A DNA stretch of 64,000 nucleotides from an uncultured Gemmatimonadales bacterium (GTDB lineage Bacteria; Gemmatimonadota; Gemmatimonadetes; Gemmatimonadales; GWC2-71-9), in the NCBI GenBank assembly GCA_963825055.1, contig CAWGSK010000012.1, forward strand, positions 64,001 through 128,000, read 5' to 3'. Of this stretch, positions 8,085 to 27,350 are shown piece by piece. Positions within the stretch are counted from its first letter, which is position 1, and each line of letters begins with the position of its first letter. A program made the position numbers and the translations under genes. The notes beneath the pieces were generated by a model. That model made no database searches. It was not told the origin of the DNA and saw only the letters and a program-made list of their open reading frames with translations.

Positions 8085-9526
8085 TGGCGCTCCGCCTCCA
8101 CAACACGATGGCGCGCGCGGTCGAGCCGTTCACGCCGCTCGACCCGCCTCGCGTGTCCATGTACACCTGCGGGCCGACGGTGTGGAACTACGCCCACATC
8201 GGGAATTTTCGCACCTTCTTCTTCGAGGATCTCCTCCGCCGGTGGCTGGAGGCGAGTGGGTATGAGGTCTTTCACGTCATGAACCTGACCGACGTGGACG
8301 ACCGCACTATCGTGACTGCCGCCGAGCGCGGGGTGAGCCTGGCGGAGCACGTCCAGCCGTACACCGACGCGTTCTTCGCCGACCGGGACTACCTCCGCAT
8401 CCGGCCGGCACACGAGTACCCCCGCGCTACGGAGTACATCCCGCAAATGGTGGACCTGGTGCAGGGGTTGCTGGACAGGGGGGTCGCGTACCGCGGCGAG
8501 GACGGGTCGGTCTACTTCTCCATCGCGCGCTTCCCATCCTATGGTCGCCTGAGCCGGCTTGACCCGGCCAGCCTGCAGTCGGGCGCGAGCGGCCGGGTGA
8601 GCAGCGACGAGTACGCCAAGGAGGACGCGCGCGACTTCGTCCTCTGGAAGGCGGCGGCCCCGCGCGACGAGCAGGTGGGCGCGGCCTGGGCCGCCCCGTT
8701 CGGCCGGGGCCGCCCGGGCTGGCACCTCGAGTGCTCGGCGATGGCGCTCGACCTGCTCCGGCAGCGGTGGGGGGTGGACGTCCTCGACATTCATGCGGGC
8801 GGAGTGGACCTGATCTTTCCCCATCATGAGGACGAGATCGCGCAGAGCTGCGCCTTCACCGGGCGCGAGGCCTTCGCGCGGTACTGGCTCCACGGCGAGT
8901 TCCTGAACGTGAGCGGCACCAAGATGAGCAAGCGGTTCGGGAACATCACGACCGCGCGTGACCTCAGGGATGACGGGGTGGATGCCGGCACCGTGCGGCT
9001 CCTCATGTGCCAGACCCACTACCGCCAGAAGCTCGACCTGAATGACCAGGCGCTCGAGGCCGCACGGGAGGGCTCCCGGCGGCTGGGCGAGTTCGACCGG
9101 CGGCTGCGCGAGGTGGTGGAGGCAGGCACGACGGACAGGATGGACGAGGCGTTCCGGAAGGTGGTGGAAGACACCGAAGGGACCTTCTCGGCGGCGATGG
9201 ACGACGACCTCAATGCCCCGCGGGCCCTGGCCGCCCTGTTCGACTTCGTGCGGGAGGGGAACCGGCTGCTGGACGCCCGGAAGGTGCCGGGCGCCGCCAC
9301 GCTGGAGGCCTGGACCCGATGGGCGACCGGTGTCCTGGACGTACTTCCCGGCGAGGGACCGGCCGACCCCGAGCTGGCGGCATGGGTCGAGGGCCGGCTC
9401 GACGCCCGCCGGGAGGCCCGCCTGCGGCGGGACTTCGCCGCTGCCGACGCGATCCGTGATGAGCTTGCGGGCCGGGGGGTGGTCGTGGAGGACACGCCCG
9501 GCGGACCCAAGTGGAAAGTGCGCTGA
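8084..9526 (+). CDS. cysS: Cysteine--tRNA ligase
   Basis: MYTCGPTV...HIGN, GRPGWHLECS, DIHAGGVDLIFPHHE, KMSK. Confidence 0.97.
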   Translation: MALRLHNTMARAVEPFTPLDPPRVSMYTCGPTVWNYAHIGNFRTFFFEDLLRRWLEASGYEVFHVMNLTDVDDRTIVTAAERGVSLAEHVQPYTDAFFADRDYLRIRPAHEYPRATEYIPQMVDLVQGLLDRGVAYRGEDGSVYFSIARFPSYGRLSRLDPASLQSGASGRVSSDEYAKEDARDFVLWKAAAPRDEQVGAAWAAPFGRGRPGWHLECSAMALDLLRQRWGVDVLDIHAGGVDLIFPHHEDEIAQSCAFTGREAFARYWLHGEFLNVSGTKMSKRFGNITTARDLRDDGVDAGTVRLLMCQTHYRQKLDLNDQALEAAREGSRRLGEFDRRLREVVEAGTTDRMDEAFRKVVEDTEGTFSAAMDDDLNAPRALAALFDFVREGNRLLDARKVPGAATLEAWTRWATGVLDVLPGEGPADPELAAWVEGRLDARREARLRRDFAAADAIRDELAGRGVVVEDTPGGPKWKVR

Positions 9527-9594
9527 ACCAGGCCCGGCCGGGCCCGTAGACGCCCCGAAAGGCCGCCACGCTGGCAGTTCGCCCGACCCTCCCG

Positions 9595-9623
9595 TTGACT
9601 CCCGTTAAGTCGCTGTCTATTAT
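9595..9623 (+). promoter_or_regulatory. Sigma70 promoter of tRNA-tuf operon
   Basis: TTGACT-N17-TATTAT. Confidence 0.75.
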
Positions 9624-9652
9624 ATGGGTCTGCCATTTTTGGGGCCCCGGCT

Positions 9653-9725
9653 GCTGGCGTAGCTCAACTGGCAGAGCAGCTGATTTGTAATCAGCAGGTT
9701 GAGGGTTCGAGTCCCTCCGCCAGCT
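9653..9725 (+). tRNA. tRNA-Thr(TGT)
   Basis: Acceptor GCTGGCG/CGCCAGC, anticodon arm GCTGA-TTTGTAA-TCAGC, TTCGA T loop. Confidence 0.96.
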
Positions 9726-9763
9726 CTGTGAGAGTGCGGAGCGCCGTCCCGGGGGCAGGTCGC

Positions 9764-9847
9764 GGTGGGGTGACCGAGTGGCTAATGGTAGCAGACTGTA
9801 AATCTGCCGGGCTATGCCCTACGTAGGTTCGAATCCTACCCCCACCA
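9764..9847 (+). tRNA. tRNA-Tyr(GTA)
   Basis: Acceptor GGTGGGG/CCCCACC, GCAGA-CTGTAAA-TCTGC, long variable arm. Confidence 0.96.
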
Positions 9848-9890
9848 TTGCGGGCGGACAGTTCGAGCAGGCAGACATGGCGGACGGCAC

Positions 9891-9963
9891 GCGGGTGTAG
9901 CTCAGTTGGTAGAGCATCAGCCTTCCAAGCTGAGGGTCGCGGGTTCGAGTCCCGTCGCCCGCT
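9891..9963 (+). tRNA. tRNA-Gly(TCC)
   Basis: TCAGC-CTTCCAA-GCTGA anticodon arm, GGTTCGAGTCC. Confidence 0.96.
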
Positions 9964-9969
9964 TGATGT

Positions 9970-10055
9970 GAGGTCGAGGGGTCAAGGAGTCGAGAGGTCG
10001 AGAACGGCGTCAGCTGGTGGCTGACTCGACGTCTCGACTTCTGGACCTCTCGACC
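9970..10055. repeat. Octamer-repeat hairpin between tRNA genes
   Basis: GAGGTCGA-type x4, inner stem GTCAGC/GCTGAC, TCGACCTC-type x4. Confidence 0.85.
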
Positions 10056-10087
10056 GGCGGGGCCGGGTGAAAGGGGACAGCGGATCC

Positions 10088-10160
<73 letters not shown>

Positions 10161-10209
10161 CTGACAACACGCGAACCAGCGTACAGCTTTCTTCACGGAG
10201 TATGCCAGG

Positions 10210-11403
<1,194 letters not shown>

Positions 11404-11448
11404 GCCTGAACGCGCCGGAGCCGGCGCGCCTGACGATAGAGGCGGGGT

Positions 11449-11601
11449 ATGCCGAGAGAGAAGATCATCCTGGAGTGCACCGAGTGCAAGGAACGGAACT
11501 ACTTCCAGGACAAGAACCGGCGGAAGCATCCGGAGCGCGTGGAGTGGAAGAAGTACTGCCCGCGCTGCAACCGGCACCTGCTGCATAAAGAGTCGAAGTA
11601 A
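11449..11601 (+). CDS. rpmG: 50S ribosomal protein L33 (zinc-binding form); not in ORF track
   Basis: Manual translation [18 protein letters not shown]...[17 protein letters not shown]. Confidence 0.95.
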   Translation: MPREKIILECTECKERNYFQDKNRRKHPERVEWKKYCPRCNRHLLHKESK

Positions 11602-11604
11602 CCG

Positions 11605-11856
11605 ATGGCCGTAACGCAACGGTCGGAGGCCCGTCCCGAGCGCGGCGGCCTCGGGGGCTGGCTCGCCAGCTCCCGGGACTTCCTCGTGGCGGTCCGGGCC
11701 GAGATGGCCAAGGTGACGTGGCCCTCGCGGGACGAGTTGGTCAAGGCGACGCGGATGATCATCATCCTGTCGATCGCGCTGGGGCTGGTGATCGGGTTCA
11801 TGGACAAGGTGCTGCAGCTGATCCTGGTGGACGGCGTCGCGCTGCTGGCGCGGTAA
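11605..11856 (+). CDS. secE: Preprotein translocase SecE
   Basis: EMAKVTWPSRDEL followed by a single TM. Confidence 0.95.
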   Translation: MAVTQRSEARPERGGLGGWLASSRDFLVAVRAEMAKVTWPSRDELVKATRMIIILSIALGLVIGFMDKVLQLILVDGVALLAR

Positions 11857-11858
11857 CC

Positions 11859-12401
11859 ATGGACTATCACTGGTACGCCATCCAGACCACGGCGGGGCAC
11901 GAGAACAAGGTGCGCAACCTCATCGCGCAGCGGATCGGTGACGACCCGCGTGCCGAGGGGGAGAAGCTGATCGGCCAGGCGCTGGTCCCGACCCAGGAAG
12001 TGGTCGAGATCAAGAATGGCAAGAAGGTCACGGTTGAGCGGAAGCTCTATCCCGGCTACGTCCTGGTCGAGATGGGCATGGGGCAGGAAGCGCTCCACGT
12101 GATCAACAGCATTCAGGGCGTGATCAAGTTCGTCGGCACGGGCCGCTATCCGCAGCCCCTCCGGCAGGACGAGGTCAACCGCCTCCTCGGCGTGGCCGAG
12201 GAGGAGGTGGAGTCGGAGCCGAAGGAGGAGATCCCCTTCCTGGTAGGCCAGGTGGTGGAGATCACCGAGGGGCCCTTCTCCGACTTCAGCGGCACGGTCG
12301 AGGAAGTGCTGGCCGACAAAGGCAAGGTGCGTGTGTCGGTGAGCCTCTTCGGGCGGCCCACGACCGTGGAGCTGGATTACCTCCAGCTGCGGGGGCACTG
12401 A
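11859..12401 (+). CDS. nusG: Transcription termination/antitermination factor NusG
   Basis: WYAIQT..GHENKV, YPGYVLVEM, KOW GPFSDFSG, SLFGRPT. Confidence 0.97.
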   Translation: MDYHWYAIQTTAGHENKVRNLIAQRIGDDPRAEGEKLIGQALVPTQEVVEIKNGKKVTVERKLYPGYVLVEMGMGQEALHVINSIQGVIKFVGTGRYPQPLRQDEVNRLLGVAEEEVESEPKEEIPFLVGQVVEITEGPFSDFSGTVEEVLADKGKVRVSVSLFGRPTTVELDYLQLRGH

Positions 12402-12406
12402 CCTGC

Positions 12407-12455
12407 AGTGACTAGTGACTAGTGACTAGTGAGTAGTGAGTAGTGAGTAGTGAGT
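12407..12455. repeat. Heptamer tandem repeat
   Basis: AGTGACT x3 + AGTGAGT x4. Confidence 0.95.
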
Positions 12456-12540
12456 CGCCCGCGCATCTCGTGGGCTCCCGCGACCGCGCGGGTGATCGCG
12501 GCAGCTGGCGGCTTCGGGCCGCAGCGCAACGAGGAGTGGT

Positions 12541-12966
12541 ATGGCAAAGAAAGTGGCGGCGCAGGTGAAGCTCCAGTGCCCCGCCGGTGCAGCGAATCCC
12601 GCCCCCCCCGTGGGGACGGCGCTGGGGCCGCACGGGGTCAACATCATGGAGTTCTGCAAGCAGTTCAACGCGCGGACGCAGTCGCAGGCGGGGATGGTGA
12701 TCCCCGTCGTCGTGACGATTTACGCGGACCGGACTTTCACGTTCATCACCAAGACCCCCCCGGCGCCGAACCTCCTGCTCAAGGAGGCGGGTATCGCCAA
12801 GGGGAGCGGCCAGCCCAACCGGACCAAGGTGGGCACCGTGACGCGGGCCCAGCTCCAGAAGATCGCCGAGATCAAGATGGAGGACCTGAACGCGTCCGAC
12901 ATGGACAGCGCCATCCGGATGATCGCCGGGACCGCGCGGTCGATGGGGCTGGAGGTGAGCGACTGA
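12541..12966 (+). CDS. rplK: 50S ribosomal protein L11
   Basis: [25 protein letters not shown]. Confidence 0.98.
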   Translation: MAKKVAAQVKLQCPAGAANPAPPVGTALGPHGVNIMEFCKQFNARTQSQAGMVIPVVVTIYADRTFTFITKTPPAPNLLLKEAGIAKGSGQPNRTKVGTVTRAQLQKIAEIKMEDLNASDMDSAIRMIAGTARSMGLEVSD

Positions 12967-13655
12967 TGCCGCGTCATGGAAAGCGGTTCCGTGCCGCGCT
13001 CGAGCGCATCGACCGGGAGCAGCTGCATGAGGTCCCGGCGGCGATCGCGCGGTTGAAGGACCTGGCCTTCGCGAAGTTCAACGAGTCGGTGGACGTGGCC
13101 GTCCGCCTCGGCGTCGATCCGCGGCATGCGGACCAGGTTGTCCGCGGCACCGTGGTGCTCCCGCACGGTACCGGCAAGCCGGTGCGGGTGCTGGTCCTCG
13201 CCCAGGGCGAGAAGGCCAAGGAGGCCGAGCAGGCCGGGGCCGACTTCGTGGGTGTCGAGTACATCCCGAAGCTCAAGGAGGGGTGGCTCGACTGTGACGT
13301 GATCGTCGCGACGCCCGATGTCATGGGCCAGCTGGGCGCCCTGGGCCGGATCCTCGGTCCGCGGGGCCTGATGCCGAACCCGAAGGCCGGGACGGTCACG
13401 ATGGACGTCGCCAGGGCGGTGCGCGAGATCAAGGCCGGCAAGATCGAGTTCCGGGTTGACAAGACCGGGAACGTGCACGCCCCGATCGGCAAGGTCTCGT
13501 TCAGTGCGGACCAGCTGGCCGAGAACCTCCATGCGTTCATGGAGACGATCGTCCGGGCGCGGCCCGCGGCGGCGAAGGGGACCTATATCCGGTCCGCCAC
13601 GGTGTCCAGCACGATGGGCCCCGGGCTCCGGCTCGATACGGCGGTGTACCGATGA
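12966..13655 (+). CDS. rplA: 50S ribosomal protein L1
   Basis: ATG at 12966 (MPRHGKR), [18 protein letters not shown]. Confidence 0.98.
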   Translation: MPRHGKRFRAALERIDREQLHEVPAAIARLKDLAFAKFNESVDVAVRLGVDPRHADQVVRGTVVLPHGTGKPVRVLVLAQGEKAKEAEQAGADFVGVEYIPKLKEGWLDCDVIVATPDVMGQLGALGRILGPRGLMPNPKAGTVTMDVARAVREIKAGKIEFRVDKTGNVHAPIGKVSFSADQLAENLHAFMETIVRARPAAAKGTYIRSATVSSTMGPGLRLDTAVYR

Positions 13656-14176
13656 ACAAGACTGAACGCCAGACGATGGTCGAGACCCTGACCGAGGAGT
13701 TCGCGCGGTCGACCAACCTCTATGTCACCGACTTCACCGGGCTGGACGTGGGGAAGATGACGGAGTTGCGTCGCCGGTTGCGGACCGCGGGGGTCCGGTA
13801 CGTCGTCGTGAAGAATACGCTCGCCCAGCGCGCCCTGGCGGCGCAGGACATCAGCGCGCTGGACGAGCATCTGACGGGCCCCACCGGGCTGGTCCTGGCT
13901 GGTGAGGATCCGGTAACCGCGGCGAAGGTGCTCACCGATTTCGCCAGGGAACACGAAAAGCCTGCCATCCGGATCGGACTGGTGGACGGGCTTCCGGTGA
14001 CACCGGAGCAGGTCAGGCGGCTGGCGTCACTGCCGCCGAAGGATGTGCTGCTCTCGCAGCTGGCCGGCACCCTCCAGGCGCCGATGGCGCAACTGGCGGG
14101 GGTCATGAACGGATTCCTCACGCAGATGATTGGCGCTCTTGAGGCTCTCAAGGCGCAGCGTGGCGCTGGTTCTTAA
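13652..14176 (+). CDS. rplJ: 50S ribosomal protein L10
   Basis: VVKNTL, LASLP; gene order. Confidence 0.96.
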   Translation: MNKTERQTMVETLTEEFARSTNLYVTDFTGLDVGKMTELRRRLRTAGVRYVVVKNTLAQRALAAQDISALDEHLTGPTGLVLAGEDPVTAAKVLTDFAREHEKPAIRIGLVDGLPVTPEQVRRLASLPPKDVLLSQLAGTLQAPMAQLAGVMNGFLTQMIGALEALKAQRGAGS

Positions 14177-14198
14177 CACGTACGGAGAGACAAACACG

Positions 14199-14594
<396 letters not shown>

Positions 14595-14770
14595 TCGCCG
14601 TGTCCCGCCGGCCAACCGGGCCGGCGGGTTCTCCCGGTGTGACTTCAGTTGGGACGACATGACACGACGACGCGACCGTTAACCTCCTGTACCGTCGAGC
14701 CCCGCGACGCCCCCCCGCATTGGGTGGGGGGGACCGCGACGGGGCCATTTGTGTTGTGCGAGAGTGTGCG

Positions 14771-19249
<4,479 letters not shown>

Positions 19250-19258
19250 GAGGGAGCC

Positions 19259-23821
<4,563 letters not shown>

Positions 23822-23848
23822 GAAGCCGCCCTTTGCTTCAGGCGTTGA

Positions 23849-24907
23849 TCAGGATGCCGGAAGAGGCTTCATGGCAACGAGTTCCGGGTAGGGGTCAGTA
23901 AACAGGACGTAGAAAATCCCCTTGAACACGCGGAGCCGGTAGGCTGGCGCCGGGAGTTGGACCGTTCCCAGGTACGTTCCGGTATTCCATTCGTAGCGGT
24001 CCACCAGGGCATTTGCCTGATTAGTGAGGCCTGAATAGAGCACATACACCACGGAAGAATCCACATCGACGTCGCGCGCGGCGAACTGCGTTCCTACCAA
24101 CCTCAAGCTTGTGCCGACGCCTCCGTCACCTGTCCGAGCGAGAGTGGGAAAGGGCATCGGTTCGACGAACCGGCCGGTATATCGCTGACGCTCGTGGCTC
24201 CGAAATCCGTACCACCCGGGTCCGAAGGAGAAAGCATAGGCCCAGCGACCGTCGGTGCTGCTGCTCACGCGGCCCTGAGTTACCATCGGGTCCAGATCCA
24301 AGCCCTGTTGCCAAGGCATGGATTCCCGGCGGATGAACTCTCCGAGAGAATCCAGCGTCACCAGCGGCTCCGTTGGGTCACGAGTCAGGAGAAGCACCCT
24401 TCCATCGGGTAACGGGACGAGGCTCGCGGTGCGGCCCTGCGAGGAGATATTCAACTCCCGTACGGGGGTTCCCGTTGGGTCGAGAACGCTTATTCGAGCT
24501 GTGCCGGCATCAAGGAGATATGTCCGCCCCCCTGAGTCGAGGGCCAGGTCTCGAACGTTCCGGTACTCTCCCGGCCCGCTCCCTTCCTGACCACTGGACC
24601 AGAGTCGCCTCCCTCCCAGGTCGAAGGCGAGTACCTGGTGCCTTGCGCCGTCGAACAGGGAGATGATTCCTGGTCCCACATCCAGGCGGACGGGATCCAA
24701 AAGCGTCGTATCTCCCTTTCCGCCGATAGTAAATACTGTGTCCCACAGCACACCTATGCTGCGACGGTCTTCAGTAGCCTCTGGTTGGTTCTCGACCCAG
24801 TCATGAGGCACCTTGTCGGATAACCCTGCATGCCCGGCCCCCGTGCAAGCGAGAATTCCCAGCAGGGCCACTGAGCAGGTGAGAACGGATCGCTGACGCT
24901 GCCTCAT
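23849..24907 (-). CDS. 6-bladed beta-propeller (TolB/NHL-like) lipoprotein
   Basis: Basic N-terminus, lipobox-like GILA-C, GQEGSGPGEY...YLLD blade motif, beta-rich repeats. Confidence 0.75.
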   Translation of the reverse strand: MRQRQRSVLTCSVALLGILACTGAGHAGLSDKVPHDWVENQPEATEDRRSIGVLWDTVFTIGGKGDTTLLDPVRLDVGPGIISLFDGARHQVLAFDLGGRRLWSSGQEGSGPGEYRNVRDLALDSGGRTYLLDAGTARISVLDPTGTPVRELNISSQGRTASLVPLPDGRVLLLTRDPTEPLVTLDSLGEFIRRESMPWQQGLDLDPMVTQGRVSSSTDGRWAYAFSFGPGWYGFRSHERQRYTGRFVEPMPFPTLARTGDGGVGTSLRLVGTQFAARDVDVDSSVVYVLYSGLTNQANALVDRYEWNTGTYLGTVQLPAPAYRLRVFKGIFYVLFTDPYPELVAMKPLPAS

Positions 24908-25446
24908 TGCGGTGCGGCGGCAACGTGAGAAGCTGCCGATGGCGCCTGGGCCACGAGGCGGTCCAGCGTCGGGAAAGCTCGGGAATCCAGTACGGATCTT
25001 ACTTCGCCGGCGGCTCCCATCAGAATGATGAGCGGGGTTTGAGTATAGCCAAATCGAGAGAGCACGATGCGCGCCTGGGTGGAACGATTTCCGGAAACCG
25101 GGAAATCAATCGAATGGGCAGCCTGGAGTTCCGACACCTCGCCAGAATCGAGAGCGGTCACAGTAAACCCTCTCACGTCCTCCCCTGCACGCCAGAGGCC
25201 ATCCAGTTCCCCGATCACTTGGAGGGCGCCAGGACAATCCTCTGGTTGGAAAATCAGGGCGATGCTTCTGACGCTGTCCATTGGGCTGGATCCATCGAGA
25301 TAGCCCAACTGTGAGGAAACGGGCTCAGAGGCACGAGTTGTCGCCTGATAGACCACTGGCAGGCGAACGACTAGGAAGAGCGCTATTCCAACGACGATTG
25401 CCTGGACTCGGCGATACCACTGCTGACGGACCGATGGACCTGTCAT
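24904..25446 (-). CDS. Membrane-anchored thioredoxin-fold (TlpA/ResA-like) protein with CxxA site
   Basis: N-terminal TM; LIFQPEDCPGA at the active-site position; QTPLIIL...GEV cis-Pro strand; ATGA overlap with the propeller gene. Confidence 0.6.
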   Translation of the reverse strand: MTGPSVRQQWYRRVQAIVVGIALFLVVRLPVVYQATTRASEPVSSQLGYLDGSSPMDSVRSIALIFQPEDCPGALQVIGELDGLWRAGEDVRGFTVTALDSGEVSELQAAHSIDFPVSGNRSTQARIVLSRFGYTQTPLIILMGAAGEVRSVLDSRAFPTLDRLVAQAPSAASHVAAAPQ

Positions 25447-25543
25447 GAGGAATCCCCCAACTCCAGAAAAGCGGTCGATGTCTAAGTCGAATGAAATGAA
25501 GAACTACCGGGAGACAGGGACGGGGGCGGTAGATATCTCCAGC

Positions 25544-25765
25544 CTATGGGTAGTTCAGGTACGACCAGGCGCAGCAGCTGCCATCGGTGCACTCCTTTGT
25601 GCAAGTAGCGGAGCAATCATCGCCGGCACGCTGATAGCATTGGATCGGGACCTGCTGTTGTGCGAACGCCGATGATTCGGTACCAGAAATCGGCATGAGG
25701 GCTGCTGAGACGATGACGCCGGCGGCGAGGAGCAGTATTCTCAGGGGGTTTTCCAGATAGGGCAT
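25544..25765 (-). CDS. Secreted cysteine-rich peptide precursor (73 aa)
   Basis: AAGGAGG SD 5 nt before ATG at 25765; signal peptide ending AFA; mature QQQVPIQCYQRAGDDCSATCTKECTDGSCCAWSYLNYP. Confidence 0.8.
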   Translation of the reverse strand: MPYLENPLRILLLAAGVIVSAALMPISGTESSAFAQQQVPIQCYQRAGDDCSATCTKECTDGSCCAWSYLNYP

Positions 25766-26112
25766 GCGTGCCTCCTTGAAGATCTGAATGAGGTCCCTGT
25801 CCTCCGCGGTTTCCTGGGAGCTTGCCGTCATCCCGTTGCAGGACAATTCTCGAAGGGCTCCTTTGACCACCGTACGTATTCGCCCCCCCCCCTCGTCAAG
25901 CTATCAAGCATGACAGGTGGCGTGGTTCAGAGCTACGTAGGAAGGCCAATCCCCTCGATTGTTACGCAGGGCCGTTCGGGCACAGTCCGTCACGGCCCAC
26001 GTGGTAAAATGCGGATTTCGGTATAGTGGACGGCTCACCACTGGTAGTGGGTGACCCATTACCCCCCGTGTCGGCACTGGTACTGTACGAGTGCCCCCCA
26101 GTGTCACTCCAC

Positions 26113-26141
26113 TTGACCCCTCCCGCTGTCCTGATTAAAGT
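26113..26141 (+). promoter_or_regulatory. Sigma70 promoter for rpsL
   Basis: TTGACC-N17-TAAAGT. Confidence 0.6.
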
Positions 26142-26179
26142 CTGTGTCATTTTTGCGATTCGTGAAAGCTGTAGAGGGT

Positions 26180-26563
26180 ATGCCGACCATTAATCAGTTG
26201 ATCCGGCACGGCCGGAAGTCGATCCCGGCCAAGGACAAGGCGCCGGCGCTCAAGAGCAACCCCCAGAAGCGGGGGGTCTGCACGCGCGTGTACACCACCA
26301 CGCCGAAGAAGCCGAACTCGGCGCTTCGGAAGGTGGCGCGTGTCCGCCTGACCAACGGGTTCGAGGTCACGGCCTACATCCCGGGCGAGGGCCACAACCT
26401 GCAGGAGCACTCGATCGTCCTGATCCGGGGCGGCCGGGTGAAGGATCTGCCGGGCGTGCGTTATCACATCGTCCGCGGGACGCTGGACGCGGCCGGGGTG
26501 AATGACCGCCGCCAGAGCAGGTCCAAGTACGGGGCCAAGAAGCCGAAGGGCGGAAGCAAGTGA
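26180..26563 (+). CDS. rpsL: 30S ribosomal protein S12
   Basis: [27 protein letters not shown]. Confidence 0.99.
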   Translation: MPTINQLIRHGRKSIPAKDKAPALKSNPQKRGVCTRVYTTTPKKPNSALRKVARVRLTNGFEVTAYIPGEGHNLQEHSIVLIRGGRVKDLPGVRYHIVRGTLDAAGVNDRRQSRSKYGAKKPKGGSK

Positions 26564-27030
26564 GCCGCCGCAACCGTGCCGTCAAGCGGCCTGTGCCGCC
26601 CGATCCGCGCTTCGACAGCCAGACGGTTTCGAAGTTCGTGAACAACCTGATGCACGACGGCAAGAAGAGCACCGCCGAGAGCATCTTCTATGGTGCCATG
26701 GACATGATCGAGCAGCGCACCGGGCAGCCGGGCGTGGCCGTGTTCAAGCAGGCGGTGAACAACGCCAAGCCCATGGTCGAGGTGAAGAGCCGCCGGGTCG
26801 GTGGCGCCTCCCTCCAGGTGCCGGTCGAGGTCCGTCCGGAGCGGCGCACGGCCTTGGCCATGCGCTGGCTGCTGGATTTTGCCCGGAACCGGTCCGAGAA
26901 GAGCATGGCGGAGCGGCTGGCGGCCGAGCTGATCCAGGCCTCCAAGGGCGAGGGCAACACCATCAAGAAGAAGGACGACACCCACCGCATGGCCGAGGCC
27001 AACCGGGCCTTCGCGCACTATCGCTGGTAG
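26560..27030 (+). CDS. rpsG: 30S ribosomal protein S7
   Basis: [26 protein letters not shown]. Confidence 0.99.
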   Translation: MSRRNRAVKRPVPPDPRFDSQTVSKFVNNLMHDGKKSTAESIFYGAMDMIEQRTGQPGVAVFKQAVNNAKPMVEVKSRRVGGASLQVPVEVRPERRTALAMRWLLDFARNRSEKSMAERLAAELIQASKGEGNTIKKKDDTHRMAEANRAFAHYRW

Positions 27031-27093
27031 GGGAGTCCGCAGGAACGCAGGCGGGGGCGTCCGGAGACGGGCGCCCTTTTGATTTCTCGGCTG

Positions 27094-27210
27094 TCGGCAT
27101 TCGGCAGTCGGCGATTCCTCGACCCCTCGACCCCTCGACCCCTCGACCCTCGACCCCTCGACCTCTCGACCTCTCGACCTCTCGACCTCTCGACCTCTCG
27201 ACCTCTCGAC
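27094..27210. repeat. Heptamer + octamer tandem repeats
   Basis: TCGGCAN-type x3, then 12 CTCGACCC/CTCGACCT units (one unit 7 nt). Confidence 0.95.
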
Positions 27211-27350
27211 TTGTATTCCCCTCGTCTCCCGTTAAATTTTCAAGGCTTTGGCATTTCGCAGCCCGGCATCCACTTACGGGGCCGGGGGGCGGAGGGGACG
27301 GCACCGCCGCCCGCCGCTTTTTCATATCATGGGCAGACACGGTTTCGGCA

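Noticed and set aside
25544..25765. Ranthipeptide/SCIFF or lanthipeptide precursor
   Set aside because: It has a hydrophobic Sec-type signal rather than a RiPP leader, and no modifying enzyme is adjacent.
25766..25870. Longer 108-aa version of the peptide ORF
   Set aside because: The strong AAGGAGG SD sits directly before ATG 25765; the upstream part looks like leader sequence.
23849..26100. Prophage or IS origin for the insert
   Set aside because: No integrase, transposase, terminal inverted repeats or target duplication seen.
27118..27210. Possible CRISPR array
   Set aside because: Contiguous 8-nt units without spacers; no cas genes. The same applies to the other short repeats.
26502..27350. 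Apparent 283-aa N-terminal extension of EF-G, with [12 protein letters not shown] repeats
   Set aside because: Read-through of an alternative rpsG frame and the octamer repeat; the real start is ATG 27351.
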